This document shows, piece by piece, positions 30,576-40,772 of a stretch of 52,261 nt of DNA. This stretch comes from Luminiphilus sp. (GTDB lineage Bacteria; Pseudomonadota; Gammaproteobacteria; Pseudomonadales; Halieaceae), in assembly GCA_965657765.1 (NCBI GenBank), contig CBFHQN010000001.1, positions 1 through 52,261 of the forward strand. The letters are read 5' to 3'. Numbering within the stretch: position 1 is the first letter of the stretch; every line of letters starts with the position of its first letter. Under the pieces are notes generated by a model. The model saw only the letters and a program-made list of their open reading frames with translations. It was not told where the DNA came from and did not search any database. Made by a program: the position numbers and the translations under genes.

Positions 30576-31784
30576 TCAGACGCGCTCAATAATGGTTGAT
30601 ATACCCATGCCACCACCGACACATAGCGAGAGCATGGCGCGCTTCAGGTTTCTGCGCTCAAGCTCGTCGACCATGGCGCTGACAAGGCATCCGCCGGTCG
30701 CACCGAGTGGGTGCCCCATAGCAATAGCACCCCCAACCACGTTGGTGATCTCGTGACTAATATCGAGGTCCTTCATGTAGCGAAGCGCAACAGAAGCAAA
30801 CGCCTCATTGATCTCCCAGAGGTCGATATCGTCAGGCGTTAATCCCGCTTTCTTGAGGCATTTTTTTGCAGCAGGTCCGGGGCCTGTCAGCATGATGATG
30901 GGATCCGTTGAGAGGACCGTCGTTGCAACAACGCGTGCACGAGGAGTAAGCCCCAAGTCATTCCCTGCCTTTTCGCTGCCAATCAGAACCGCGCTCGAGC
31001 CGTCGACGATGCCAGATGAATTACCCGGCGTGTGTACGTGATCGACTTTGCTGTACTCGTTGTACTTCGCGAGGATCACGTCATCGAAACCCATTTGACC
31101 GGGCACTTCGAAGGAAGGCTTAAGCCGCGCAAGACCTTCCATTGTGGTGTCCGCCTTAATGAAGTCGTCGCGCTCCAGAATAGTGATACCCGAGGCATCT
31201 TTCACCGGCACGACTGACTTATCAAACCAACCACTGTCGCGGGCATGCGCGGCACGGCGCTGCGATTCCATCGCATAAGCGTCGACATCTTCGCGGCTGT
31301 AACCGTCGATGGTCGCGATCATGTCGGCACCGATGCCCTGAGGTACGAAACCCGTTTTGAGTGCAAAGGCCGGATCGCTCGCCATTGCGCCACCGTTAGA
31401 ACCCATGGGTACACGCGACATACATTCGATACCACCGGCAACAACAAGATCATCCCAACCTGATGCGACTTTTTGGGCTGCCGTGTTGACTGCTTCCAAT
31501 CCAGAGGCACAAAAACGGTCTAACTGAACACCAGGGACAGACTCATCCCAGTCAGCATTCTGCACAATCATCTTGGTGATATCAGAACCTTGTTCACCCA
31601 CAGGCGTCACACAGCCCATGACGACATCATCGACATAGCTTGTATCCAGGTCATGACGTGACTGAAGTGCTCTAAGTAGACCGGCTCCCAAATCAACGGG
31701 TTTTACCTCGTGAAGGGTGCCGTCTTTCTTTCCCTTACTCCGGGGCGTTCGAAGCGCATCAAAGATATAAGCTGCGTGTGGCAT
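30576..31784 (-). CDS. Acetyl-CoA C-acyltransferase (thiolase)
   Basis: [28 protein letters not shown]. Confidence 0.95.
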   Translation of the reverse strand: MPHAAYIFDALRTPRSKGKKDGTLHEVKPVDLGAGLLRALQSRHDLDTSYVDDVVMGCVTPVGEQGSDITKMIVQNADWDESVPGVQLDRFCASGLEAVNTAAQKVASGWDDLVVAGGIECMSRVPMGSNGGAMASDPAFALKTGFVPQGIGADMIATIDGYSREDVDAYAMESQRRAAHARDSGWFDKSVVPVKDASGITILERDDFIKADTTMEGLARLKPSFEVPGQMGFDDVILAKYNEYSKVDHVHTPGNSSGIVDGSSAVLIGSEKAGNDLGLTPRARVVATTVLSTDPIIMLTGPGPAAKKCLKKAGLTPDDIDLWEINEAFASVALRYMKDLDISHEITNVVGGAIAMGHPLGATGGCLVSAMVDELERRNLKRAMLSLCVGGGMGISTIIERV

Positions 31785-32068
31785 GGCATGTCTCCCGCTG
31801 AGAATAGCGTTGTTGAATTTTTCGGGGAGCTACATTGCCAAAACTCTCCACCAAAATCGATGATTTACGGCTATATATTTGAACTTTGAGTATGTTTTTT
31901 AAATTTTGAGCATGCTAGCGAGTGAAAAAGTAACCATCACAACGCTTACTGTCTGGTTATCAAACGATTTCGATAGCGCAATTTTTGAGTACCGATGACT
32001 CGCTTTGTCGCGAAGGCGGTCAGGCTAAAAACCGAAAAGACTTGTACCTACCCCTAACTTGATGGCTA

Positions 32069-33448
32069 ATGTGTTGGATGGATCAGCGTACACAATACCT
32101 ACTTACAGCACCCGCATTGCCGCTACTTACGAAGCTATCAATACCCGGTAGCGTTGCTTTTATTGTGCAATCAACCGTGAGTTTGACGGAGGTTTGGTAT
32201 GTTGGACAACTGGGAAGTACACCACTTGCCGCAATGGCCTTGGTATTCCCCATGCTAATGCTCATGCAGATGTTATCAGTGGGTGCCTTGGGAAACGCCG
32301 CGTCATCGGCCATAGCGAGAGCGCTTGGGGCCGGCGACAAAGAGCGTGCACAGCAACTCATGTGGCACGGCCTCCTACTGGCCGTTCTTGGACCGATCGT
32401 GCTGCTAATTGCGTTCTTAATTTCGGGAAAATTCTTTTTATCACTACTGGGCGGAACTGGCGAAATTCTCGACTTAGCGTTTGCCTACAGTGCCATGCTG
32501 TTCGGAGGAAGCGTCACCATTTGGCTTATGGGTGTCGCGAGCTCTATATTCCGCGGCCTCGGCGATATGAAATATCCTGCGCGGATGATGATTGTTGGAT
32601 CCCTGCTACAAGTGCCGCTATCTGGAGCGCTTGTATTAGGCTACTTCGGGGCACCCAAACTCGGCTTATTTGGGGCCGCCGTATCGGTTATTGCAACGAG
32701 CGCAGTGATGGCCGTGGTCATCCTTTCACGCCTTGCTACCGCCGACTTGCCGGCAAACTTGCGGCTTTCAAGTTTGAAGTTTCGCAAGTATCACTTTCAA
32801 GATATCGGACGAGTGGCACTCCCGGCCTCTCTATCCCCTATCACCACAGTCACCACCATTTTAGTACTGACAGGTTTGGTCGGGCAGTTCGGTGAAGAGG
32901 CGTTAGCCGGCTACGGTATTGGCTCGCGCATCGAGTTCCTGATGTCATCGCTCATCTTTGGTATCGGCGCCACCATGACTTCGCTTGTGGGCATGAGCAT
33001 CGGCGCTAGAGATTCGGATCGCGCTGAGAAAATCGGGTGGACCGGTGCAGGTATGTCGTTCGTGTTGGGCGGCGGCATAGGGACTCTTCTGGCGGTATTT
33101 CCGCACCTTTGGATACCGATCTTCACCGACGATCCAATGGTCTATGAGACAGCTAAGGGCTTTATCCAAGTTGTGGGTCCCTGCCTCGCTATCCACGGTG
33201 TTGGCTGGGCGCTCTATTTTGCCTCACAGGGCGCCGGCGCGATGCGAGGACCATTGGCGGCACTGATTGCGCGTCCCGTGGTTGCAATTGGTTTAGCCTT
33301 TTTCTTGCTCGGCCCCATGGACCTTGGCATGACCGGTGTATTTATCGGTGCCGTTGGCGGCATGTTCGCCTATACAGCCATCGTCACCGCTTCTATGAGG
33401 GGAGGGGCATGGCGCCGACAGATTCCTGCGGCGCCCAGTCACGGCTGA
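32069..33448 (+). CDS. MATE family efflux transporter
   Basis: Multiple TM segments; VGQLG..PLAAM, FRGLGD, LAGYGIGSRIE; start could be 32078. Confidence 0.88.
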   Translation: MCWMDQRTQYLLTAPALPLLTKLSIPGSVAFIVQSTVSLTEVWYVGQLGSTPLAAMALVFPMLMLMQMLSVGALGNAASSAIARALGAGDKERAQQLMWHGLLLAVLGPIVLLIAFLISGKFFLSLLGGTGEILDLAFAYSAMLFGGSVTIWLMGVASSIFRGLGDMKYPARMMIVGSLLQVPLSGALVLGYFGAPKLGLFGAAVSVIATSAVMAVVILSRLATADLPANLRLSSLKFRKYHFQDIGRVALPASLSPITTVTTILVLTGLVGQFGEEALAGYGIGSRIEFLMSSLIFGIGATMTSLVGMSIGARDSDRAEKIGWTGAGMSFVLGGGIGTLLAVFPHLWIPIFTDDPMVYETAKGFIQVVGPCLAIHGVGWALYFASQGAGAMRGPLAALIARPVVAIGLAFFLLGPMDLGMTGVFIGAVGGMFAYTAIVTASMRGGAWRRQIPAAPSHG

Positions 33449-33450
33449 TA

Positions 33451-34728
33451 TTACTCACATTGCTGTTTTGACTGATTAGCCGCCGTTCCAAAAATTCCTT
33501 TCGCCATAAGCGAGGTCTCACCCTCGCGACGCTTCTGGTACACCTCGGCGCGGAGGTGATGGACGGCCTTGTTTTTGGGCTCCGCCTGTGCCGCGAATTC
33601 AGCTAGGTGACATGCAAGCCTCGCATCGGTTTCCGCCAATTCGCGCGCACGCTCGGCAAGCTTCAGCGCACCCCCCGACAGCTTGGCGAGTTCGGCCGCC
33701 ACAGCGGCGTCACGGGCTGGCTTAAGCTGGGCTGGGTTACCCTCGTACCACCCACCGTACAACCGCCAGATATTTCTCACTACGAACTCGGGCTCATCGT
33801 AAGTGGGTCCTAGGTAGGGCTTGGCAAGTAATTCGGGCGAGACCTTCACAGCATGGATGATGTCGTTGAGCGACGCGCCATCGTTCATCAGGTCAAGCGT
33901 TTGGCTGACCATGGTCTCTAGTACAGTCGCCACCTCATTCAGCACTTGTTTGATGCGCTCCTTTCCGGCAATGGGTAGACCATGGGCCGGAAGAAATAGC
34001 TCGGCGTCGCGGGACGCCATATCGCGAAGTGCTGCCGCCCACTCCTTTGGATACCGCTGGGCCTTTTGCGGATTACCCGCGTTTGGAAAAGCCCAAATAA
34101 AAAAATCACCCGCACAAATCGCTTTGTGCTTGGGAATCCAGGCCCATGTGTGGTCGTCAGTTTCTCCCTTCGCGTGATTCAGCTGAATCTCGAGCCCACC
34201 CACGTTCATGGCGAGATCGTTTGTGTAGGTAATGTCGGGCGCGGGAGTGGCGAGCGGTAAAAAGTGTGACTGACCTGCAAGGTCGTAGCCCCTTCGTTTG
34301 AACTGACCAAACTGGCGCTCATTGATCACGTGGTTATAGCCGTTGGTCATCCGATATCGATCAAAACGCGCGGCGACGTTCTCGTGTCCGACAATTGTCG
34401 GCTTACGGCCCTCATAAGCCGCACAAAAGGCGCCACAACCACCGACATGATCAATATGTCCGTGGGTAAAAACCACGGTATTGAAAGGGTCCTGGGTCCA
34501 TGACTGAATGGCGTGAACGCACTTTGTCCCGCCGTGTTCATTCGACGTATCAAAGGTCACAAGCCCATCATCTGTCTTAAAGACAATCGAGTGTGAGAAG
34601 GCCTCAACCACAGCGACGTCAGAGGACAGTTCGGATAGTTGGTGATTGATGCGATTGATCGGACCAGCTTCACGCATATCAACGCTTCCGTCGATGAGAT
34701 CCGCAGACATTTTGAGTAAATCCGCCAT
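33451..34728 (-). CDS. Metallo-beta-lactamase-fold alkyl/aryl sulfatase (SdsA-like with dimerisation domain)
   Basis: THGHIDH, GETDDH, FPNAGNPQK, LPAHG, RNIWRLYGGWY. Confidence 0.8.
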   Translation of the reverse strand: MADLLKMSADLIDGSVDMREAGPINRINHQLSELSSDVAVVEAFSHSIVFKTDDGLVTFDTSNEHGGTKCVHAIQSWTQDPFNTVVFTHGHIDHVGGCGAFCAAYEGRKPTIVGHENVAARFDRYRMTNGYNHVINERQFGQFKRRGYDLAGQSHFLPLATPAPDITYTNDLAMNVGGLEIQLNHAKGETDDHTWAWIPKHKAICAGDFFIWAFPNAGNPQKAQRYPKEWAAALRDMASRDAELFLPAHGLPIAGKERIKQVLNEVATVLETMVSQTLDLMNDGASLNDIIHAVKVSPELLAKPYLGPTYDEPEFVVRNIWRLYGGWYEGNPAQLKPARDAAVAAELAKLSGGALKLAERARELAETDARLACHLAEFAAQAEPKNKAVHHLRAEVYQKRREGETSLMAKGIFGTAANQSKQQCE

Positions 34729-34923
34729 GGTTTTTTCCTTGTTCTTGTCTTACTTCTCAACTAGGCGCGCTTGCAGAATCAGCTCCTGCAGCGATTTACA
34801 GCACCTCGCGACAACGCTGCAGTCGTACATCCCGGTATGCAGACACTCTAAGTTTTCGACTACACTCAACGCAATGGCTTATCTGCGACGGATAGCCGAT
34901 CGGATGCTTTGGGGGCATATGAT

Positions 34924-35811
34924 ATGGACCAAGTTATTGCGGTAATGCAGGACGACTGGGTGATGATGGCCCTACCCTTTTTCTTTGGGGCGCTCGCCAT
35001 TGAGGTACTGTGGGCTTATAAAGCCACGACCAAGCACTACGAGTCGGTGGACTTTTGGACGAGTATGCGCGTGATGTTGCTCACCGTCTTTATCGATTTA
35101 ATTCCGAAGTTTCTGGGCATTTGGCTTATGTTCATCGCGTATTCGTTGTCGCCACTGCGAGGCGTCATCGACACGAGCTGGTACTGGTGGGTGCTCCTAT
35201 TTTTCCTCGATGATTTAACCTACTACAGCTTCCATCGGGGTAACCATGAGGTCCGGTTGCTGTGGGCGGGTCATGTCTCGCACCACAGCTCGCAGTACTA
35301 CAACCTCGGTACTGCGCTCCGTCAGGGCGTGGGCGAGCGTATTTTGAAGTACCCTTTCTGGGTACCGCTAGCACTTATCGGATATCACCCCGCCATGATC
35401 GTGACGATGCTCAGCGTGAGTTTGATTTACCAATACTGGTTACATACCGAGGCATTTTATAAGTTCCCACGGCCTATCGAGTTTATTTTCAACACGCCCT
35501 CACACCACCGAGTGCATCATGGGTCCAACATTCGCTACCTTGATCGCAACCACGGTGCGACGTTGATCATTTGGGACAGACTTTTTGGCACTTTTTCCGA
35601 GGAGATTCCCGAGGAACCCGTTCAGTACGGTTTAACCAAAAATATTAGTACTCACAAAGTTATGCAGGTGGCTTTTGGAGAATACGGCTCGATGTGGCGT
35701 GATATCTGTCGCGCAGAAACATGGCGCGATAAGTTGAGTTATATCTTCAAAGCGCCCGGCTGGAGCCACGACGGTCCTGACATGCGATCTGACACACTGA
35801 GAAACGCGTAA
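34924..35811 (+). CDS. Sterol desaturase/fatty-acid hydroxylase family (alkylglycerol monooxygenase-like)
   Basis: His boxes HRGNH, HVSHH, WLHTE, HHRVHH; IIWDRLFGTF. Confidence 0.85.
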   Translation: MDQVIAVMQDDWVMMALPFFFGALAIEVLWAYKATTKHYESVDFWTSMRVMLLTVFIDLIPKFLGIWLMFIAYSLSPLRGVIDTSWYWWVLLFFLDDLTYYSFHRGNHEVRLLWAGHVSHHSSQYYNLGTALRQGVGERILKYPFWVPLALIGYHPAMIVTMLSVSLIYQYWLHTEAFYKFPRPIEFIFNTPSHHRVHHGSNIRYLDRNHGATLIIWDRLFGTFSEEIPEEPVQYGLTKNISTHKVMQVAFGEYGSMWRDICRAETWRDKLSYIFKAPGWSHDGPDMRSDTLRNA

Positions 35812-35818
35812 CGGCTGT

Positions 35819-36214
35819 GTGACTGATCGAATCCTTGCTATCTACGACGCTGATTTTACCGTACTCGGTGAGATTGCTTACGCCATCGGCAAGGTCACCG
35901 GCACTCGAAGCTGTTCGCTTTGTGATATCTCGCACGGCGCAAATCCGCTCGGTAAGAAAAACTGGCGGAGCTACTGCGAAATACGTCCTGAGATCGAATG
36001 GGTTCATCGTAATGACCTCGATGAGGAAATACGCACTGCTCTCACTTGCAACCTCCCCTGTGTTGTAGCGCACGATTCTGTAGGCGGCTGTCGTACGCTG
36101 CTGAACAGCTCGGAACTCAGTGACTGCAACGGAGACATCACACTGTTTGACGCGAAGTTATCGAATGCCTTGGCAAAACATGCTGCTAGCCTCGATGACG
36201 CACCCGCATCATGA
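35819..36214 (+). CDS. Small hypothetical protein with CSLC motif
   Basis: GTG start 7 bp after the desaturase stop; IYDAD...CSLCDISHG...W. Confidence 0.65.
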   Translation: MTDRILAIYDADFTVLGEIAYAIGKVTGTRSCSLCDISHGANPLGKKNWRSYCEIRPEIEWVHRNDLDEEIRTALTCNLPCVVAHDSVGGCRTLLNSSELSDCNGDITLFDAKLSNALAKHAASLDDAPAS

Positions 36215-37562
36215 CCTGCTCTGCAGGACGAGTGGTGAGTCTCGCAGCCGGCACCACTTTCTGATCAGGCAATAATTCAAAATCAAACTTACTGACCAAC
36301 TGCGACATGATGAGTAGGCTCTCTACTTGCGCAAACCCAGCACCAACACAGAGGTGAGGGCCCTGCCCGAAGGGGATGTAGGCGCCCTGAGTCAGATTTT
36401 TCTCATTTTCTGGGAGAAATCGCTCGGGCTTGAAAGCATGAGGGTCTTCCCAGTATTTGCTGTGACGTTGAAGCGTCCAGGGGGCAATCATCACCAATGC
36501 TCCCCGCGGTAAACGTTTACCCTCGATCTCAACCTTCTCCAATGCCACGCGCGGTACAAAGGTGATTGGCGGGTAAAGTCGCAATGCTTCCTTAAAGAAG
36601 GCGCGGGTCAGAGGTAATTTCTTAGTGGCTTCAAACGAGAGATCACCCTCGCTCATGTAGGGATCGATTTCCTTACGCAGGCGTGCGAGCCACTCGGGCC
36701 GCTCAGCCAGCATGTAAAAGACCCACGTGAGTGCACTTGCTGTCGTCTCATGGCCCGCGAGAAAGAAAACACCCAGCTGATCGATCAACTCATCGCGAGT
36801 GAATGGTAATCCCGTATCTTTGTCCTTAGCCTCGATCACCGCTGAAGCAATATCGTTGTACTCCCCCTCTCCTGCATCGAGGTGAGTATCAATCAAAGCA
36901 CCAATGTGATGTCTGATGCGCTCGCACGCTCCGAGCACCTCGGGGGTTTGTTTGATCTCTGACCAAGCGGGCTTCAAGATCATGCCGAGAATGTCGACCT
37001 GAGCCACGGACTTTTCAAAGAGCGTGAAGTCCTCAAAAACCTCTTTAGCCACATTGGATGCCAAAGGTGTCGAAAATACGGTCCGGCAAATCACATCCGC
37101 GGTGAGATGGCTCATCGCTAAATCCAAAGAAAATGCCTCTCCTGAATCCGCCGACGTACTGATCGCAGCAACATGATCGTAAGTAGCGGCACACATCGCG
37201 CCATAGGCCACATTTAAGCGCATCAAACTGAAGGCCGGGTCGATCATCGCTCGCTGACGTCGCCACTTGGGACCGTCAGTGACAAACATACTCTCCCCAA
37301 TGAGCGGATCGAGCGCACCAACCATTAGGTCGCTTTTAGGGAAAACCCCCTGCTCGTCACGCATGATTTCTTTCACTGCCGATGGGCGATTAAAGAGCAC
37401 AGTGCCACGTCTAGATCGTCCAAGGTGACCAATATCAAAGTGGTAAGCCTCTGCAGGAAGTAGCTCAAGGAGATTGCCATCCCCCTTCCATAGCGATCGA
37501 ATCAGGGCGATGACCGCAGGCAGTGAGTTTGGCTTTGGCGGTATGTAAAGTGTTTCATCCAC
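36186..37562 (-). CDS. Cytochrome P450
   Basis: I-helix FLAGHETT, ExxR (EALR), PERF, heme ligand FGQGPHLCVG; GTG start. Confidence 0.95.
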   Translation of the reverse strand: MDETLYIPPKPNSLPAVIALIRSLWKGDGNLLELLPAEAYHFDIGHLGRSRRGTVLFNRPSAVKEIMRDEQGVFPKSDLMVGALDPLIGESMFVTDGPKWRRQRAMIDPAFSLMRLNVAYGAMCAATYDHVAAISTSADSGEAFSLDLAMSHLTADVICRTVFSTPLASNVAKEVFEDFTLFEKSVAQVDILGMILKPAWSEIKQTPEVLGACERIRHHIGALIDTHLDAGEGEYNDIASAVIEAKDKDTGLPFTRDELIDQLGVFFLAGHETTASALTWVFYMLAERPEWLARLRKEIDPYMSEGDLSFEATKKLPLTRAFFKEALRLYPPITFVPRVALEKVEIEGKRLPRGALVMIAPWTLQRHSKYWEDPHAFKPERFLPENEKNLTQGAYIPFGQGPHLCVGAGFAQVESLLIMSQLVSKFDFELLPDQKVVPAARLTTRPAEQVMMRVRHRG

Positions 37563-37586
37563 GGAAACTATCCAATAGTATTGACA
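37544..37586. promoter_or_regulatory. Degenerate tandem PpsR-type boxes between the P450 and the membrane-protein/crtD operon
   Basis: TGTAAAGTGTTTCATCCA-N7-TATCCAATAGTATTGACA; each has one mismatch to TGT-N12-ACA; same spacing as the other pairs in this window. Confidence 0.55.
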
Positions 37587-37610
37587 CTATGCACAGTATG
37601 GAGCGCCAAA

Positions 37611-38357
37611 ATGAGCCTGTCGACCCATAGCATTTTCGAATCGCTGGTGATCATGCACATCATTACGGGGACCGTAGGACTCATCTCTGTCTGGATTCCT
37701 ATTGCAGGGCAGAAAGGCGGTCAGCTTCACAGACAAGCCGGCAACATATTCATCACCAGCATGTTGACCACGGGACTTGTTGCAACGGGTATTGCGATCA
37801 CGACACTGTCTGATCCAACGGGTACACATCCTCATCTCGCACAGCACGAACTGTTTCAAGATCCGCAACTGATCGCGGGCATATTCGGCTGGATGATGCT
37901 TTATCTCGCAACGCTGACCATTAACTTGGCGTGGCATGGCTGGCTCTGTATGCGCAACAAGCGGGAACATCATAGAAATGCAGCGTGGCACAACCTGGTG
38001 TTGCAAGCTGTTCTCACGGCAACATCGGCTAATTGCTTTATCCGTGGCCTCGAGCTTAATCAACCAATGATGATGGGAATTGCCTTTGTTGGGTTTGCAA
38101 CCGTGGCAACCAATCTTTGGTTCATCTACCGAACACCATCGTCGCCCAAAGCCCGAATCAAGGAACACATTAAGTCACTGGTGGGTGCCGGCATTTCCGT
38201 CTACACCGCTTTCTTTGCCTTCGGCGCGGTTCGCTTATTACCAGAAATCGCGCTAACCCCAGGACTTTGGGCCATCCCACTCGTAACGGGACTGGCATTA
38301 ATCATTTACCACCAGCGAGCTGTGATGGCTCCGCCTCGTCGTATACAGGCAACCTGA
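37611..38357 (+). CDS. Multi-pass membrane protein, DUF2306-like, with conserved His residues
   Basis: HIITG..GL, KGGQLHRQAG, EHIKSLVGAGISVYTAF; RBS GGAG; TGATG coupling to crtD. Confidence 0.75.
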   Translation: MSLSTHSIFESLVIMHIITGTVGLISVWIPIAGQKGGQLHRQAGNIFITSMLTTGLVATGIAITTLSDPTGTHPHLAQHELFQDPQLIAGIFGWMMLYLATLTINLAWHGWLCMRNKREHHRNAAWHNLVLQAVLTATSANCFIRGLELNQPMMMGIAFVGFATVATNLWFIYRTPSSPKARIKEHIKSLVGAGISVYTAFFAFGAVRLLPEIALTPGLWAIPLVTGLALIIYHQRAVMAPPRRIQAT

Positions 38358-39841
38358 TGGCCAGACGCGCGATCATTGTTGGTGCCGGTGCTGGGGGACT
38401 CGCCTCAGCCATCGAACTCGCTGCGGCTGGCTGGCAAGTCGATATCTTCGAGGCACAGAGCGAGCCGGGCGGCAAAATGCATCAGCGCGAAGTGGGTGGC
38501 GCGGGTGTGGATGGCGGACCGACTGTCTTCACCATGCACTGGGTATTCGAACAGCTCTTCAAGCGCGGGGGTAAACACTTTGATGACTGTGTGGCTCTCA
38601 CTGAAAGTCGTCGCTTAGCGCGCCATGCGTGGACAGATGGCAGTCATCTCGACTTGTTTCACGATATCGACCAATCCAGCGAGGCGATTGCTAAGTTTTC
38701 CGATGAAGAGAACGTGGCAGGTTACAGACGCTTCTGTAAGGACGGAGAAATCATCCATGGCCTGCTCAAAGATAACTTCATGGCCTGCACCCAGCCCTCC
38801 CCAGCCAAGCTAGCCTATCGACTACTTAGGGACGGTGGTCTTAACGCGCTTGCCGTAGCTCCGCATAAATCCCTTTGGCAAGCACTCGGCCAATACTTCC
38901 GTGACCCCAGGTTACGCCAGCTGTATGGGCGATATTCGACCTACGTGGGGTCATCGCCGCTACTAACGCCTTCAACACTTATGCTAATTGCCCACGTCGA
39001 GCGCCAGGGCGTTTGGTGTGTCGACGGGGGTATGCGCGCGCTCGCCCACGCCATGGCCGACGTTGCGGCCGAAAATGGGGCCACATTCCACTACAACAGT
39101 CCGGTTCGCGAGATTATCGGCGATGAACGAAGCGTTCGGGGAATAACCCTCGCCTCAGGCGAGACGCATAAAGCTGATGTTGTGATTTTTAATGGCGACT
39201 CTGCGGCATTGAGTGATGGACTCCTCGGTGAAGGGGCTCGTAAGGCAGTTCCGCCTAGGGCCCGCAAAGACCGGGGCCTCTCAGCGATTACATGGTGTCT
39301 ACGGGCGAATACATCGGGTTTAGACCTCGATCACCACAATGTTTTCTTTGCCACAGATTATGAAAAGGAGTTCTCCAACATCTTTGAGCAACGTGGCATC
39401 TGCGCCGAACCCACCGTTTACGTTTGTGCACAAGACCGAGTGAATGGCGAGTGCAAGTCTCCTAACGGCGAGCGCTTGTTACTACTGATCAATGCACCCG
39501 CCGATGGGGATCGCAAGAGGTGGACCCCAGAGAAACTCCTGGAGCAAAGAGATCGCGCGTTAGACGTAATAACCCGAGGTCGAGTAAACATCGAATTTGA
39601 AGAGGAAAACTGCGTTACAACCTGCCCCGATGATTGGCACGAACGCTTTCCAGCGAGTGGCGGCTCCCTTTACGGTGCGGCATCGCACGGTATGTTTTCG
39701 AGTTTTAGCCGCGCCTCTTCAAAGACTAAGGTTCGGGGCTTGTACCTCGCAGGTGGAAGCGTCCATCCAGGCCCCGGGGTTCCCATGGCGACCTTGTCAG
39801 GCACGCTGGCAGCACGTGAAATTTTAGGGCCAGTCGCCTAA
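38357..39841 (+). CDS. crtD: 1-hydroxycarotenoid 3,4-desaturase
   Basis: GAGAGG FAD motif, DGGPTVFTM, LRQLYGRYSTY, LMLIAHVE, LLLINAPADGD, GGSVHPGPGVPMATLSG; distinct from the crtI downstream. Confidence 0.85.
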   Translation: MARRAIIVGAGAGGLASAIELAAAGWQVDIFEAQSEPGGKMHQREVGGAGVDGGPTVFTMHWVFEQLFKRGGKHFDDCVALTESRRLARHAWTDGSHLDLFHDIDQSSEAIAKFSDEENVAGYRRFCKDGEIIHGLLKDNFMACTQPSPAKLAYRLLRDGGLNALAVAPHKSLWQALGQYFRDPRLRQLYGRYSTYVGSSPLLTPSTLMLIAHVERQGVWCVDGGMRALAHAMADVAAENGATFHYNSPVREIIGDERSVRGITLASGETHKADVVIFNGDSAALSDGLLGEGARKAVPPRARKDRGLSAITWCLRANTSGLDLDHHNVFFATDYEKEFSNIFEQRGICAEPTVYVCAQDRVNGECKSPNGERLLLLINAPADGDRKRWTPEKLLEQRDRALDVITRGRVNIEFEEENCVTTCPDDWHERFPASGGSLYGAASHGMFSSFSRASSKTKVRGLYLAGGSVHPGPGVPMATLSGTLAAREILGPVA

Positions 39842-40704
39842 CACTCGGCGTAAAAATTTTCGATTGCTGACGCCGTCTCTTCAGGATGCTCCCAATGCGG
39901 CATACCCAAGCTAGGGGCCACACGTTCAAACCGCCAATTAGCAGCGTGCTCGAAATCGGCAAACCGCTCAAAGGACACGTTCGGATCACGATCAAAAATC
40001 ACCAACACCGGTAAGTCCAAGCGCTGATATAGGCTCTCTATCGCATTCTCTGTAAACAGCCCCATCGACAAAAACTGCAAGGGCATCAGATGGGCATTGG
40101 GTAACTTGGTCGTTTTTAAGGCGTAACTCACGAGCTCATTAGGGATAAAACCTGAGAAGTTCATACCGTAGAAATGTCGAATACTCCGCTCAGTACGCAG
40201 GAGCTTGAACGCGTTGCGGCCGAAGCCTGCAAATCCGAGGATCTTTTTGAGCCGCTGCTGAGCCTTTTTTGATGGTGTTCCGCGCGCCGAAAAACCGGTT
40301 GGTGAGATAAATGTCACGCTGCGCACCTTCGCACCGAACTCTGTGACCGCTCGCGCCACAAACTCACAGCTTAATGAGAGGGCAACGACATCTGGGGCTT
40401 CATCTCCCGGTAGCGACTCGATCATCGCCGCTATCTCACGCGCAAAATCCTCTGGCGCAAACTCTCCCACGTCGCGTTCCGAGCGGCCGAAACCTGGTAA
40501 GTCGGGCGCGAACACTGGTCGCGACAGCTGAAAATGCTTGAAAAGCGGCTTTAGTTCTATAGCGCTAGGTGCAGCATTTATGCTGTGAATGAACAGCAAG
40601 GGCCGACCCGCCTCATCCTCAGAGCGATACCAATAGAGCGGGTGTTGCATACAGCCGCTGAAGTATTCACCTCCGCAATCAATGGCGCCGTCTAATTGAT
40701 CCAT
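39838..40704 (-). CDS. Alpha/beta-fold hydrolase with atypical nucleophile elbow
   Basis: LLFIHSINAA, APDLPGFGRS, ALSLS in place of GxSxG, PHWEHPE. Confidence 0.8.
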   Translation of the reverse strand: MDQLDGAIDCGGEYFSGCMQHPLYWYRSEDEAGRPLLFIHSINAAPSAIELKPLFKHFQLSRPVFAPDLPGFGRSERDVGEFAPEDFAREIAAMIESLPGDEAPDVVALSLSCEFVARAVTEFGAKVRSVTFISPTGFSARGTPSKKAQQRLKKILGFAGFGRNAFKLLRTERSIRHFYGMNFSGFIPNELVSYALKTTKLPNAHLMPLQFLSMGLFTENAIESLYQRLDLPVLVIFDRDPNVSFERFADFEHAANWRFERVAPSLGMPHWEHPEETASAIENFYAEC

Positions 40705-40772
40705 CCCTACCCACTCTCTGCTATCGCTTATCTATACGTTTCCAGGAACAGTCGGACTGTTGAGCATGAAAA

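Noticed and set aside
34924-35811. Desaturase-family gene as carotenoid hydroxylase crtZ/crtG
   Set aside because: Motifs fit the alkylglycerol-monooxygenase-like group; no PpsR box upstream and no cyclase gene in the window
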